Source: Octopus sinensis | Taxonomy: Eukaryota | NCBI RefSeq assembly: GCF_006345805.1 | Contig: NC_043015.1 | Location: forward strand, 19,406,001 to 19,470,000 | Length of the DNA: 64,000 bases | Reading direction: 5' to 3' | Shown here: piece after piece, positions 48,925-61,561 of the stretch | Layout of the letters: every line of letters starts with the position of its first letter | Numbering within the stretch: position 1 is the first letter of the stretch | Made by a program: the position numbers and the translations under genes | The notes under the pieces: model-generated | Seen by the model: the letters and a program-made list of their open reading frames with translations, nothing else | Told to the model about the DNA's origin: nothing | Database searches by the model: none

Positions 48925-50270
48925 AGAAGATTGGCTGCATAAGTTTAAGAAGCATCGTGGTGTAAAGTATTTGAAAATCTGTAGTGAAAAATCTTCTGCA
49001 GATTATGAAGCTACGGAAAATTACATAGACAAGTTTGCTAAAGATATCTGATAAAATCCTTTCTCCTGAACAAATTTACAATGCTGATGAAACAGTTTAG
49101 TACTGGTGCTATGTTCCAAAAAAAACCTTAACAACAGTAGATGAGACAGCACCAACAGGTTTTAAGGATGCTAAGGCAAGATTAACAATTCTTGAATATG
49201 TTAATGTTGCATGTAAACACAAGGTGAAATTGGCAGTCGGTGAAAAAAGCCAAAATATCAGATGTCCGAAAGGTGTAGTTAATTTACCTGTGCATTATTA
49301 CGCAAACACAAAAGCATTGGTAACCCAAGAAATATTTTCCGACTGGTTCAATAACCACTTTGAACCAATGGCACAAGCTCATTGCAGGCAAGCTGGACTG
49401 GGAGAAAACTAAAATTCTATTGTTCCTGGACAACTGCTCTGCACATCTCCCTGCTAAATTTCTTGTGAAAAGTAATGTTTTTGGCATTTACTTGCCTCCC
49501 AATGGGACATCTGTTTTTACAGTTTTGTAACCAAAGAATTTTATGCTCCATGAAGCTTGATGTAGTCAACAAAGGAGTAAGAATGCAAGACTGTTAAGGA
49601 TGCCTTCTACACAGTGGTGAATGCTTGGAATGATGATGATAAATCAACAGTAACAAATGATCAGCACAGAATTTGACCAATAACAATGTTTGATGAAAAC
49701 AAGTCTATAGATAATGAGCTCAGAGGATTTCATGTCACTAATGAGAAAAATGATATCAAAACTCATAACTTACACTAAAAGTATATCATGCAGAAGTGCG
49801 AGCTAAAAGAAGTGGATATTGAAAAAATGCTAAACACTGACAATGTTGCGCCTGTCATGCATTCCTTGAGTGATGAAGAAATTGCTGAAATGGTGTTAAA
49901 TACAGATAAGAATGAAGACAGTAGTGATGATGGCATAGAGGACACAGGTGAAAAAATTCCTATAGACAATATGATGAAAATTATGATCAGTTAATAGCTG
50001 GCCTTGATCAACAGGTATTTATCAATAGCGACATATTATGGGAGTTTACGCAATTAAAGAGATATTGCTTAGACAGAAACCTATGCTAACGAGAGAGATG
50101 ACACTTAAAGAAGTCTTTAAAAATGCCCCCCTTGTAGTGCTAATTCATCACTTGACAAACCCATTCCTGGCCCATCATCAGAAGTTTGGTGACACTGATG
50201 GACCCTGTCCTACAACTTAACTGTAGTCATATATTTAGTCTAGTTTGAACCAATGTATGGCTCTAGCATA
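48925..50270 (+). mobile_element. Tigger/Jerky-like pogo transposase fragment, decayed
   Basis: WLHKFKKH, EQIYNADET, GFKDAKARLTI, FSDWFNNHFEP, FLDNCSAH. TIRs not identified. Confidence 0.8.
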
Positions 50271-50775
50271 TGAAGACTGTAATACCATTTATAGACTTTC
50301 TTTATTCAGATTAGTGTGAATACTTATGAATCTCTCTACAGAAATATTATGATAATATGTAGGAGCTTGCTTAGCCCTGCCTGAGATTCAAAACCAAATC
50401 TACACACTTGTAGCTCGTGAGAACGACTGATTCCATTGTATTTTATCTCCATGCTGGGAGATTAATGAGAAACATCTGATCTCCTAGAACCTTTGTTGAT
50501 AACTGAAGAGTCAAGTCCTTTGTTTTAGGTTTGACTTACTTCCTCGCCATACCCTATATAACTGAGATCATTTCTCTCTCTCTTTCGTTCAACCAGTTGG
50601 CAGAGAACACACATTCATGTCAGTCATTAACCAGGAGTAATAGCATTGACTGAATCAGAAAAGGACAACGTAATCCTTACCCTTTCTTCCTCTATCAGCA
50701 GAATGCACAGCTTAAAGGCTTCCAATTACCAGCGAGCCACCAACACATTCACTACTATTGTCAATTACTACTATA

Positions 50776-51193
50776 CTCTTTTACTCATTTCAGTCATTTG
50801 ACTGCGGCCATGCTGGAACACTGCCTTTAGTCAAGCAAATTGACCTCAGGACTTATTCTTTGTAAGCCTAGTACTTATTCTATCGGTCTCTTTTGCTTCA
50901 AAAATAATTTCAAGTTAAGGGGACGTAAACACACCAGCATTGGTTGTCAAGTGATGTTGGGGGGGACAAACATAGACACACAAACATATACACACACACA
51001 CACATGCATACATATATATATACATACATACGACAGGCTTCTTTCAGTTTCCGTCTACCAAATCCACTCACAAGGCTTTGGTCAGTCCAAGGCTATAGTA
51101 GAAGACACTTGCCCAAGGTGCCACGCAGTGGAACTGAACCCAGAACCATGTGGTTGGTAAGCAAGCTAATTACCACAAAGCCCCTCCTGTGCC
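50776..51193 (-). mobile_element. SINE family A, full length
   Basis: Reverse complement of head, internal microsatellite and 3' body. Confidence 0.85.
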
Positions 51194-51779
51194 TATGTAT
51201 ATTTTACTAACCACTACCAGCAAATAAATTAGTGAATATTATTCCTTTCCTCTTTGATATTGTTATTACACTGTTTCATTTTGCTTTCAACTATTGACAT
51301 ATGGTGACCCTTCACATTTTACCACTCAGTAACTCTGATGTACACTCACATCAGTAAGCTACAAATATGTATACCTATACTTATGGATCATGTATTTTTG
51401 TTTTAAATTATCCCACTATATGTATTTTGTCATTTATGATCTTAATTTTCACTATTTCATTTACCAGTATACTACTCTAAAAATAAACTGTAATAATATT
51501 TGTGACCTTTATTTTTCCTACTGATCAAGAGTACATATACATGTATTTTTGCTACCATAGTAGGACATCTGTTCTGATGTCTTGTTTACAATCTGGGGCA
51601 GCTGACTTTTGTTCTGAAATCTGAAATTCAGAAGACAACTGTCCCCAAGGGTTCCGGATAAAGGATTGTGAACTGTAGTACACACTTCAAAAAAAAATTA
51701 AAACACTGCATAGATAGAATTTTTGAGAAGTACCAAAATTATGAAGTTTGTATTGTTTACTTAAAAACTCCTATATTAC

Positions 51780-54263
51780 CATCATCATCATCATCATTTA
51801 GCGTCCGCTTTCCATGCTAGCATGGGTTGGACAGTTCAACTGGGGTCTGTGAAGCCAGAAGGCTGCATCAGGCCCAGTCTGATCTGGCAGTGTTTCTACG
51901 GCTGGATGCTCTTCCTAACGCCAATCACTCCGTGAGTGTAGTGGGTGCTTTTTATGTGCCACCCGTACAGGTGCCAGGCGAGGCTGGCAACGGCCACGAA
52001 TGAATGGTGCTTTTTACATGCCACCGGCACGGAGGCCAGTCGGGGCAGCGCTGGCAACGGCCACAATCGGATGGTTCGCTTATTTGTCACCGGCACTGGT
52101 ATCACAGCTGCAATTTCCATTGATGTTGATCAACTTCGATTTTGGTTCTGCTTTCTGATATCTGATTTGATTTGGTTTGATTTTGATTTTCACTTGCCTC
52201 AACGGGTCTTCACAAGTGGAGTTTTGTGTCCCAAGAAGGAAAGGTATGTATAAGTCGACTGGCTACATACCAGGTAGAGGCCACGGGTTCTGGTCTCACT
52301 AGTCTTGCCGGGTCTTCTCACGCACAGCATACTTCCATAGGTCTCGGTCTCTAGTCATTTCCTTAGTGAGAATTAAAGTTCGAAGGTCGTGCTTCACCAC
52401 CTCATCCCAGGTTTTCCTGGGTCTACCTCTTCCACAGGTTCCCTCAATCGATAGGGTGTGGCACTTTTGCACACAACTATCTTCAGCCATTCTCGTCACA
52501 TGACCATACAAGCGCAAACGTCTCTCTTGCACACCACAACTGATGCTTCTAAGGTCCAACTTTTCTCTCAAGGTACTTACACTCTGTCGATTATGAACAC
52601 TGACATTACACAACCATCGGAGCATACTGGCTTCATTTCTTGCGAGCTTACGCATATCCTCAGCAGTCACAGCCCATGTTTCACTACCATGTAGCATGGC
52701 TGTACGTACACATGCATCATACAGTCTGCCTTTTACTCTGAGCGAGAGGCCTTTTGTCACCAGCAGAGGTAAGAGCTCTCTAAACTTTGCCCAGGCTATT
52801 CTTACTCTAGCAGTTACACTTTCAGCACACCCACCCCCGCTACTGACATGGTCACCTAGGTAGCGGAAGCTATCAACTACTTCTAGTTTTTCTCCCTGGA
52901 ACGTGGTAGAAGTTGTTTTCTGCACATTTTCAGTGTTTATTGCTCCTGAGCATCTGCCACAGACAAAAACTATTTTCCTAGTTAGCCTTCCTTTGACATT
53001 GCTGCACCTCTCGTGTCCGTAGCTTACACTTGGTGCACCTTATAGAGTTTCTACGTACACCTTTTTTACAGATCGAGCAGGGCCATCTACCTGAAGGTGT
53101 TTGTGATTGGTCTACCTTCCTACTTATTAGGACTTTGGTTTTGGCTAGGTTGATTCTAAGGCCCTTCGATTCTAATCCTTGCTTCCACACATGAAACTTC
53201 TCCAGTTCTGATAGTGACTCAGCAATTAGAGCAAGGTCATCAGCATAGAGGAGCTCCCAGGGGCATCCTGTCTTGAATTCCTCCGTTATTGCCTGGAGGA
53301 ATATGATAAATAGGAGGGGACTGAGGACTGAACCTTGGTGGACCCCAACCTCTACCCGGAATTCTTCACTGTACTCGTTGCCAACCCTCACCTTACTAGC
53401 AGCGTCTCTGTACATGGCTCGCACAGCTCTCACTAACCATTCATCTATCCCTAGTTTCCTTATTGACCACCAGATAAGGGATCGGGGGACCAACTCGAAG
53501 GCTTTCTCCATGTCAACAAAAGCCAGGTACAGAGGCTTATCTTTGGCTAGGTATTTCTCCTGCAGCTGTCTTACCAGGAATATAGCATCAGTAGTACTTT
53601 TCCCTGGTACGAACCCAAACTGCATCTCATCTAAGCTAACTCTCTCCCTAATTAGTTGGGGTATAACCCTCTCCGTAACCTTCATTACCTGATCCAGCAG
53701 CTTGATACCCCTGTAGTTATTTGTATCTAGGGCGTCACCTTTACCTTTGTAGCAGTTGACTATTATGCTGCTACACCAGTCATTGGGTATGACTCCGACA
53801 CTACCAGATATTTTGAGCATCTCTGCAGTAATTCCTGATGGGCCTGGGGCTTTCCCTGTTTCCATGCTTGTAATTGCCTTAACTACTAAGGAACTGTCAA
53901 CTCGGATTGCTGGTCCCTCTGTTGGGTCGACATTCGGCAGACTCTCTTTATCCCATTCATTTTCCTCATTCAGCAACCTTTCATAGTGGCATCTCCAAAC
54001 CTCTCTCTTTGCATCCTCATTTAGTGCAAGTGAACCGTCATCCTTGCGAACACATTTCTCTCCTACCCCATCACGATTCTCTCTCACACACTGTCTTGCA
54101 ACACGAAATACCTCAAGTCTTTCATCCTCACAGCGCAGAACATTGGCAATTTTTTTCTTATCTGCTTCCCTTCTGGCTAAATACACCTGCCTCCTAGCTT
54201 CCCTTCTGGCAGTCTGATACACTTCCCTGCTACCACCGTTCTTCCAGTCCTTCCAAGCCTGTT
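51780..54263 (-). mobile_element. RTE LINE, 5'-truncated
   Basis: ORFs 52978-54222 and 52299-52925 (LYADD, KTRQD*), with the (GAT)n tail at 51781-51797. Confidence 0.93.
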
Positions 54264-54499
54264 TGAGTTATCTAAACAAAAATTGAAGTTCCCTGCTTAC
54301 ACAATAAAAAAAATTCGATTCTCTTAGAGAATAAGTCGAGGAAAATAATGTATGTATGCAATTTGATTTTTGGTCACTGCAATTTGTCAAAAGCTGGAAA
54401 TTTTGAGGTAAGATCATTTATTTCTTTACATGTAGTGGATTTCTGTGTAACAGTAAACATAACCAAGTTTTCACGCAGCATCATTTTCTTAATTTATAA

Positions 54500-54638
54500 A
54501 CAGATCCAGCTATAGAAACTTTGCCAGATCAGATTGAGCCTGATGCAGCCTCTGGCTCACCAGTCCTCAGTCAAACTGTCCCCCCCATGCCAGCATGGAA
54601 AGCAGACATTAAACGACAATGATGATGATGATGATGAA
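54500..54638 (+). mobile_element. RTE 3' terminal fragment
   Basis: ATCCAGCTATAGAAAC..CATGGAAAGCAGACATTAAAC(GAT)n. Confidence 0.8.
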
Positions 54639-54988
54639 AGGTATCTAATATATATATCTGTAGATTTCCTGGAAAGCAGTAATTAAGTACTTAATTAATT
54701 AACTAAACTGCACACATCTTTTGTGATTGTCAAACAGGACGATAATTGGTTAGACACGCCATATTTTCCTATTGTGCAAAAAGCTCCCATCTTTTGTATA
54801 CTCTGTGTGCCTGTCTGGCTTTTCTGTATTTATATGTACTGTGTGTGAACATAGGTACATGTAAGTGAGTGTGTGTGTATACATATAAATAAATATATAT
54901 GTAACTTTACATCTTGACAAGAATCATCACTGTATTGGAATAATTTCTGAAGTTGTATGTATGTGTGTGTGTGTGTGTGTGTAAATAT

Positions 54989-55020
<32 letters not shown>

Positions 55021-55084
55021 GACAGACAGACGGATAGATAGATAGATATGGTGGCTGACCCCTCGTTATCAAGTATGGCCATTG

Positions 55085-55440
55085 CACGAAGCTTAATCAA
55101 TGTTGTTATCATGCAAATCATGATGGTAAATTTGAGGGAAAGTCTTACAATAATAAAAGAAGTACTAACAAAACTGGATCTTCTGATGGATGGTTTTAAT
55201 TTCCCCAACATCAAATAGCCCAAAGGCCACATAATCTCAGGAATGACATGCAAAGAGTGTAACCAAACAAAATCTCTACTTGACCTCACAAAAATGTTGT
55301 TCATGAAACAAACAATACTTTTCCCCAACCAGGAATGATGATATAGATCTCTGTTTCACCAACAATGTCTTATCCACAACATGAAGATAACACCAACAAT
55401 CTTCTCAGACTACGACATGGTAGAACTGACAATGTATGGT
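55085..55440 (+). mobile_element. CR1-like AP endonuclease remnant
   Basis: Degenerate MDGFNFPNI (for GDFN), FPTR..DLCFTN and SDYD (for SDH). Confidence 0.5.
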
Positions 55441-56054
55441 CCAAAACCAATTAATGATGTAATGTTATTATCAGTTCAAATATTCTTGTGGCAGATTCAA
55501 ACTCATAAGCAAACCATTCACCTTGGAGAAAATTTCTTGCTGTAGCCAAAAATGGCGTAAATACACCTAAATCAGCTCACAGTACTACTTATCCAGGCTG
55601 TGAGATACAAGCATTTTGGAGTGGTTATCTACTCTTCAGTCACAGAAACTAGACAGGGGCACTGCAAGCTGATAAGAGAGATTGTTTCTCTTATGCTATT
55701 CCAGTCATCGTATGATGAGCAGTAGCACTAATAGTCAGCTCACCGTAAACAAATTACGGGTGGGAGCACTATGCATTGATGTGTATAAATGCAATGTTAT
55801 TACCAGTTCAAATATGCTTGTGGCAGATTCAAACTCATAGGCAAGCCATTCACTGTGTTTTGTCATGGAGAAAATTTCCTGCCCACTGATTAGCGCTACC
55901 ACTCACGCACACACACACACACAGAAAAAGTATGTGATAGTAAAAGATATTACTCAAAGCTATTTAAGAAGGAGAGAGGTATTGTAAATGAGCAGAAAAT
56001 TAATAGAAAAGTATGAAAGATATTCTTCAATGAAGAATTTGAGAAGAAATTTAA

Positions 56055-56060
56055 TTTATT
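56055..56060 (-). terminator. candidate poly(A) signal of the PP2C gene
   Basis: AATAAA on the minus strand about 60 nt past the stop. The region is AT-rich, so this is weak. Confidence 0.25.
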
Positions 56061-56121
56061 TTGAAAAATGTGTCAGAAGAAATTTTCAATAAAGAAATTT
56101 AGTTTTAACAAAAATAATTCT

Positions 56122-56544
56122 TTAAAGTGTTTTTTGAAGATTTTCTTTAGCTGATTCATCTTGATTTGATTGGTAGAAACTTACAGATGCATCATGAAAA
56201 TTTACAACCATAACAGTTATATTGTCTAAAGAACCTCTGTAATAAGCCTGTAAGACTAAGCTTTTGGCTCCATAATGTGGCTCAGAGAGTCTTTCCTGAA
56301 TATAATTCACAGCTTCTTCATTACTAAAACAGTCCCAAAGACCATCTGTGGCTAAAATTATAAACTTTGGTTGTATCACATTCAGGTCAAATATGTAAAT
56401 ATCAGGTTCTGCAATGAGATATTTTCTTTCTTTGAGAGGATAATCTCCCAAGGCTCTTGAAGTTGCTAGAACACCTACAACTCGCCAAACTCCATTAAAA
56501 GTGATATAGCCTCCAGCTTGTTTGATACGTGATCTTTCTTTCAG
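56122..56544 (-). CDS. PPM1L: PP2C phosphatase PPM1L-like, last coding exon
   Basis: Acceptor TTTTTTTAG, then LKERSRIKQAGGYITFNGVWRVVGVLATSRALGDYPLK..ILATDGLWD..EPHYGAKSLVLQAYYRGSLDNITVMVV..*. 423 bp in phase 0. Matches the PPM1L C-terminus as I recall it. Confidence 0.9.
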   Translation of the reverse strand: MKERSRIKQAGGYITFNGVWRVVGVLATSRALGDYPLKERKYLIAEPDIYIFDLNVIQPKFIILATDGLWDCFSNEEAVNYIQERLSEPHYGAKSLVLQAYYRGSLDNITVMVVNFHDASVSFYQSNQDESAKENLQKTL

Positions 56545-56748
56545 CTAAAAAAAATAAATAAAAAATAAAATTCTTTGAAAACAATACTAAATGAAAATTT
56601 ACAAATCTTTATACACATACAGCAATAGCTGTTAAAGGCATACAAACCTTATTAACATTTAAATCTTTTGTATACAATTAAACAATTGATAGATATAACA
56701 TTAACTACTTATTGACTTTTTTATTTTCTAAAATGGTAACAGTTCATA

Positions 56749-57157
56749 GCCGCAGGAGTGGCTGTGTGGTAATTAGCTTGCTTACCAACAACATGTTTCT
56801 GGGTTCAGTCCCGCTGCGTAGCACCTTGAGCAAGTGTCTTCTACTATAGCCTTGGGCCAATTAAGGCCTTGTGAGTGGATTTGGTAGATGGGAACTGAAA
56901 GAAGCCCATCGTATATATGTGTGTGTGTGTGTGTGCGTGTGTGTGTGCGTGTGTATTTGTGCCAGGCACACACTCACTTGACATAGTTTGACAACCAATG
57001 TTGGTGTGTTTACGTCCCTGTAACTTAGCGGTTCATCAAAAGTGACTGATAGAATGAGTACTAGGCTTACAAAGAATAAGTCCTAGGGTCGATTTGTCTG
57101 ACTAAAGGCAGTGCTCCAGCATGGATGCAGTCAAATGACTGAAACAAATAAAGAAAA
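56749..57157 (+). mobile_element. SINE family A, full length (intronic)
   Basis: Head, (TG)n and 3' body all present. Confidence 0.85.
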
Positions 57158-57479
57158 ATAGTTTATCAACAGAGAAACTCTTATTGTTGTGCAAAAGATA
57201 TATTTTCATTAACAACTCTGTTTCAAAAATAATTTCAACCAGTCTGTTAGAACATATAGTTGATTTAGTAAATTAATTCCAATAGCTTGTAGTCTACTGC
57301 TCTTCATAAAATTTAAACAACAAGTCAAATGCGAAGTGTTAAAATGGATAGATTGATAGAAAGAGAAAGATAGTCAGATTAAAAGTAGGGGAAAAAAGAA
57401 CATCATTACCATGATGGAAGATAGGAGTTGCAATTCCAGACAAGGCAGGTGTAAAGAAACATTGACACAACCAAGGTTA

Positions 57480-58375
57480 GTAGTGAGCCTTTTCATTTTT
57501 TTTTGCAAGCTAGCCAAATTTTTTTGCACTCAACAAGTGTTTTAATAACTGAGATTTGTTGGGGATTGGCTAACCTCTTATACCCAATTTTTCTCTCAAA
57601 ACATGTACACTTTTCTATACAAGCACACTGGCAATGCACATCCAGCAGTGTATGCTGGCTTCATTTCTATCAAGCCTTTGTATATCCTTTGCTGTCGCAG
57701 CCCACGTTTGGCTGCTATGTAGCTGTTTGTACACAAGTATCATACAGCAGCCTTTTACTCTGAGGGAGAGAACTTTTGTTACCAACAAAGGTAATAGGTC
57801 TTTGAACTTTTCCCAGCAGGTTGTTATTCTAACAAATACACTTTCAGAGCAACCTCCTCTGCTGCTAATCATGTCACCTGGGTAATGAAAACTATCTACT
57901 ATTTCTAAGGATACCCTTGGACATTTGAAGAAATCTATTTCCTGTATATTCTTAGTGTCTATTATATCTGCACATTTGCCACACACAAAAACTACTTTCT
58001 TTGTTAACCCTCCTGTGATTCCACTGTACCGCTAAGGTTCTTTGATTCCAGTCCTTACTTCCACACCTGAAATTTCTTCCACAGAAATTCAGCTATAAGA
58101 GCAAGGTCATTGGCACAGAGGAGCTCCCATGGGCAACTGGTCTTAAATTCCTCTAAAAGACTATGATAAACAAGAGAAGGTTGAGAACCAGTCCTTGGTG
58201 AACTCCTACCTGCACACTAAATTTGTTGCTATGCTACCTTACTAATAGCATCACTGTACATGGCTTGGATGGTTCTCACTAACCATTCATCTACCCTTAA
58301 CTTCCATAACAGCTACCAGATGAGGGAGCAAGGAACCCTGTCAAAAGTTTTCACCATGTTGACAAATGCTAAGTG
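57480..58375 (-). mobile_element. old decayed RTE fragment (intronic)
   Basis: LEIVDSFHYPGD..WEKFKDLLPLLVTK, plus a degenerate LYADD region. Confidence 0.8.
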
Positions 58376-58624
58376 TAACAGATTATCTTTTACTCCACAA
58401 TATATGACAACTCTGCCTGCATTACCACTGGTTAACATATCTTGCATAGAAAATTGAAATAAAAAGTAGAAAGAAATATAAATTAAGTTAAATAAACTCT
58501 TCTAGCTCACTTTAAGCATCAAATTTGCAAATTCCTGTGAAGTAGTTTCCAAGTTTTTTAGAAGCAAAGTTAGACAATGGAGGAAGCTAAGAAATTCATA
58601 TAAATAAACTATATTTTTACAAAC

Positions 58625-58887
58625 ATCTATGAACATGAGGAATTATGTACATTATTTACATTTGACAGATATTTATCCACATCGTTTGTTTGAACACGTT
58701 TCGGCTGATATACCCTCCAGCCTTCTTCAGGTGTCTTGGGGAAATTTCGAACCTGGGTTCTCATTCCTAAGGTATTTTTCGATGTTGTTATTATTATTAT
58801 TCAGGTCAAAGCCTGGAATCGAACTTGGAGTCTTGGGGAGGTTAGTAGCACGTGCTCTTAACCACTAAACCATATGCCTGTGGGCCC
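58625..58887 (-). mobile_element. tRNA-headed, hammerhead-like Penelope 3' UTR derivative (intronic)
   Basis: GACAC CTGAAGA A GGCTG-GAGGGTATAT-CAGCC GAAAC GTGTT at 58693-58735, head at about 58880. Confidence 0.78.
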
Positions 58888-60463
58888 ACCATAGGTCAAA
58901 GATTTATTGAAAATAGTGAACTGAAATTAGATGATGCAATACAAGCACTAGCATTAAAAGAGGCTTGAATGAATGCTAATCCCTACAATTCATAATTAGT
59001 ACATATTTTACCAATATAGTATCAGAGCCTTTATAATATAATGTAGTTCTAATGATTCTCTTCATCTGTTTGTTATTAGAAAGAGCTATAAATACATAAT
59101 TTTTTTGAAGTGGTAAGATCCATAAAATAGAATTTTTCTGCCAAAGAATCACTATCATGTTTGTGAGGTTAAAAATGGTCACTACTCAAAGGTATTTCAA
59201 TCTAATGACAATGATGATGATCAGTCTCAAATGCCATTTTTACATCTATAACTGTTTCAGGTTCCAGTAAAAATTAATTATTACAATTTAATCATTCAGG
59301 AAGTACAGAAAATTTTATTCACATTCTTTTTATCATTAATATAAAATTGCATACTGAATCTATCTCTGGGAAGCATTTACCTCACCATGCCAAGAACTTC
59401 TGTCTCAATTAGCTTTGGTATGTCCTCAATTTTATGTTCTGTGTTTTTGCTAATATCAATATAGTTGAGTAGTTTTTATCCTTTAATAGGGTGTAGGAAT
59501 CTCCCAAATATAACACCTGATATAGTCTGGTGTTCAGCACAATAGCAGTGGCCACCAAGTCTACTTTGCATTGAGCAACAGTAGTAGAGATGGGGACAAA
59601 TGTATCCATAACTCGCTTCTTTGGTCTTGTGCTCGTGCCATAAGATGCTTTGAGCCTCCACTAGAAGCCTGGTATGCATACCATCAAGGTATATCTTGAA
59701 GCTCTGTCTTTAAAGTCCAACCTGTCTCTTGCATGTCAAAAAAGTATTTCTCTTACTGTTAGCAACATACTGACCTCTTTGAGTCATATACGCAGTTTCT
59801 TTTGCAGTGAGAAACATTGACTTTGGTTGCAGCATTCTCAGAGGATGTTACAATAGTAATAGCTCTGACAATATCATCTATGAATCAGTCTAACAGGATA
59901 TGTAACATTACCCTTCTGTTGACTCTTTCAAATGTTTTAGAGAAATCCTCAAATGCAGTTGACACCTTTTGCATAGAGAGATTTTTTCTAGGACAAGGAT
60001 ATGTGGTTGTGTTGATTTCCCTTTGTGGAAGCTAATTTGATCCTTCATAAAATGATGGGATTGATATATGAGAGATTCTTCTATTAAGTAGTAAGAGTTA
60101 TAGATTTTTTAGTTTAGATGAGAGAATGTAATTCTTCTGTAGTTCTGTGGCTGATAAAGATCACCTTTCTTAAAATGAACTGCACCCACATAATCTATTG
60201 GGTAAATTTGAATGTCAGTCTACCTAAATTCTTAACCCAATTTTTGATTTTTTTTTGTTTCAGTGCACAGAGCTCTATGTCACTCTTTCAAAGATTTTGC
60301 AACAACAGTTCCAACATTAAGAGCCAATTCAATGGTTGACAGAATGCCAAAGTCAAATCTGCTATTAGTATTAAGAAAAGGGCTAAGAATGGGGAACAAC
60401 TAGCAATAAATCTCATGTAACTTAACAGTATTTCAAAATAGAGGAGTTGAAAAATTATCTTAC

Positions 60464-60594
60464 TTGTTGTGGTTTATGGTCAACAGTGAGTGGCAACGTA
60501 TTGCCATCCTTATCACACATAACACCTCGAGAATCACCAACATTTGCAACAGTTAGAATGCCATTTTTTAAGACAGCCACCAATGCAGTTGAAC
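60464..60594 (-). CDS. PPM1L: PPM1L-like penultimate coding exon
   Basis: AG/GT boundaries. (G)STALVAVLKNGILTVANVGDSRGVMCDKDGNTLPLTVDHKPQQ, 131 bp, joins the last exon in phase 0. Confidence 0.92.
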
Positions 60595-61325
60595 CTAAAA
60601 TTGTGAAAATAAAAATTTTAAATCAAATAAATGTTACTAATATTTAATCACAGTCATGTGTGTTTAAAAAGCAATTACAGCATGAAGACAATGGAACAAT
60701 GATTAGAGGAAATTCATAGCTGCAGCACATATATCTTACATATAGTAAAACACAATGTGTCCTGTCAGCCACACTTGGGGGAAAGAAGAGTAAACAACAG
60801 AGTCGGAGTGTGTGACAATCAAAGGCAGTAAAACATGCAAACAACCTTCAGAGATTTTGCTTTGAAAGATGCTGGCATTTTACTCAAAATAAAACTGTAA
60901 ATTTTTTTGTAAATTATATTTACTTTATCAGTTTCACACACACATAAATATCTATAAGAAATTAAATAGTAAACACTTGTTTACAAAATATTATTGTTTA
61001 CTTAACATATATATAGATGTATGAGAACAAGAATATATATGTATGTAAGTACACACACACTTTTATTTTAGTCCATTTTCCTTTTCTGATACAAGCCCTT
61101 ATTACCTTTTCCAAGTAAAGGATACCATATTTTACCGATTTCATCAATCTGGAAAAAGGAAACAAACATGTATGCGTGCACACATTCACACATACATATA
61201 CACACATATATGTATGCACATGCATAGATGCATATAAATATATAATGCCAAGATACAAATGTGTATGTGTATGCATATATATATACTAAGAGAGAGAGAG
61301 AGAGAGATGTTAACGTATATATATA

Positions 61326-61548
61326 AGGCGAGCTGGCAGAAACGTTAGCACGCCGGGCGAAATGCGTAGCCGTATTTCGTCTGTGGTTACGTTCTGAGTT
61401 CAAATTCCGCTGAGGTCGACTTTGCCTTTCATCCTTTCAGGGTCGATAAATTAAGTACCAGTTACGCACTGGGGTCGATGTAATCGACTAAATCTCTTTG
61501 TCTGTCCCTGTTTGTCCCCTCTGTGTTTAGCCCTTTGTGGGTAGTAAA
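61326..61548 (+). mobile_element. SINE family C (tRNA-like head)
   Basis: GGCGAGCTGGCAGAA head, B-box-like GAGTTCAAATTCC, central GAGGTCGACTTTGCCTTTCATCCTTTC..GTCGATAAATTAAGTACCAG. Confidence 0.7.
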
Positions 61549-61561
61549 GAATATATATATA

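Noticed and set aside
55470-55880. About 80-bp direct repeat, 320 bp apart (also a 62-bp duplication at about 15815-15925)
   Set aside because: These are real but short local duplications with no functional signal.
59400-60360. Possible decayed retroelement or alternative exon in the PPM1L intron
   Set aside because: I could not find any convincing motif. The flanking exons already join in frame.
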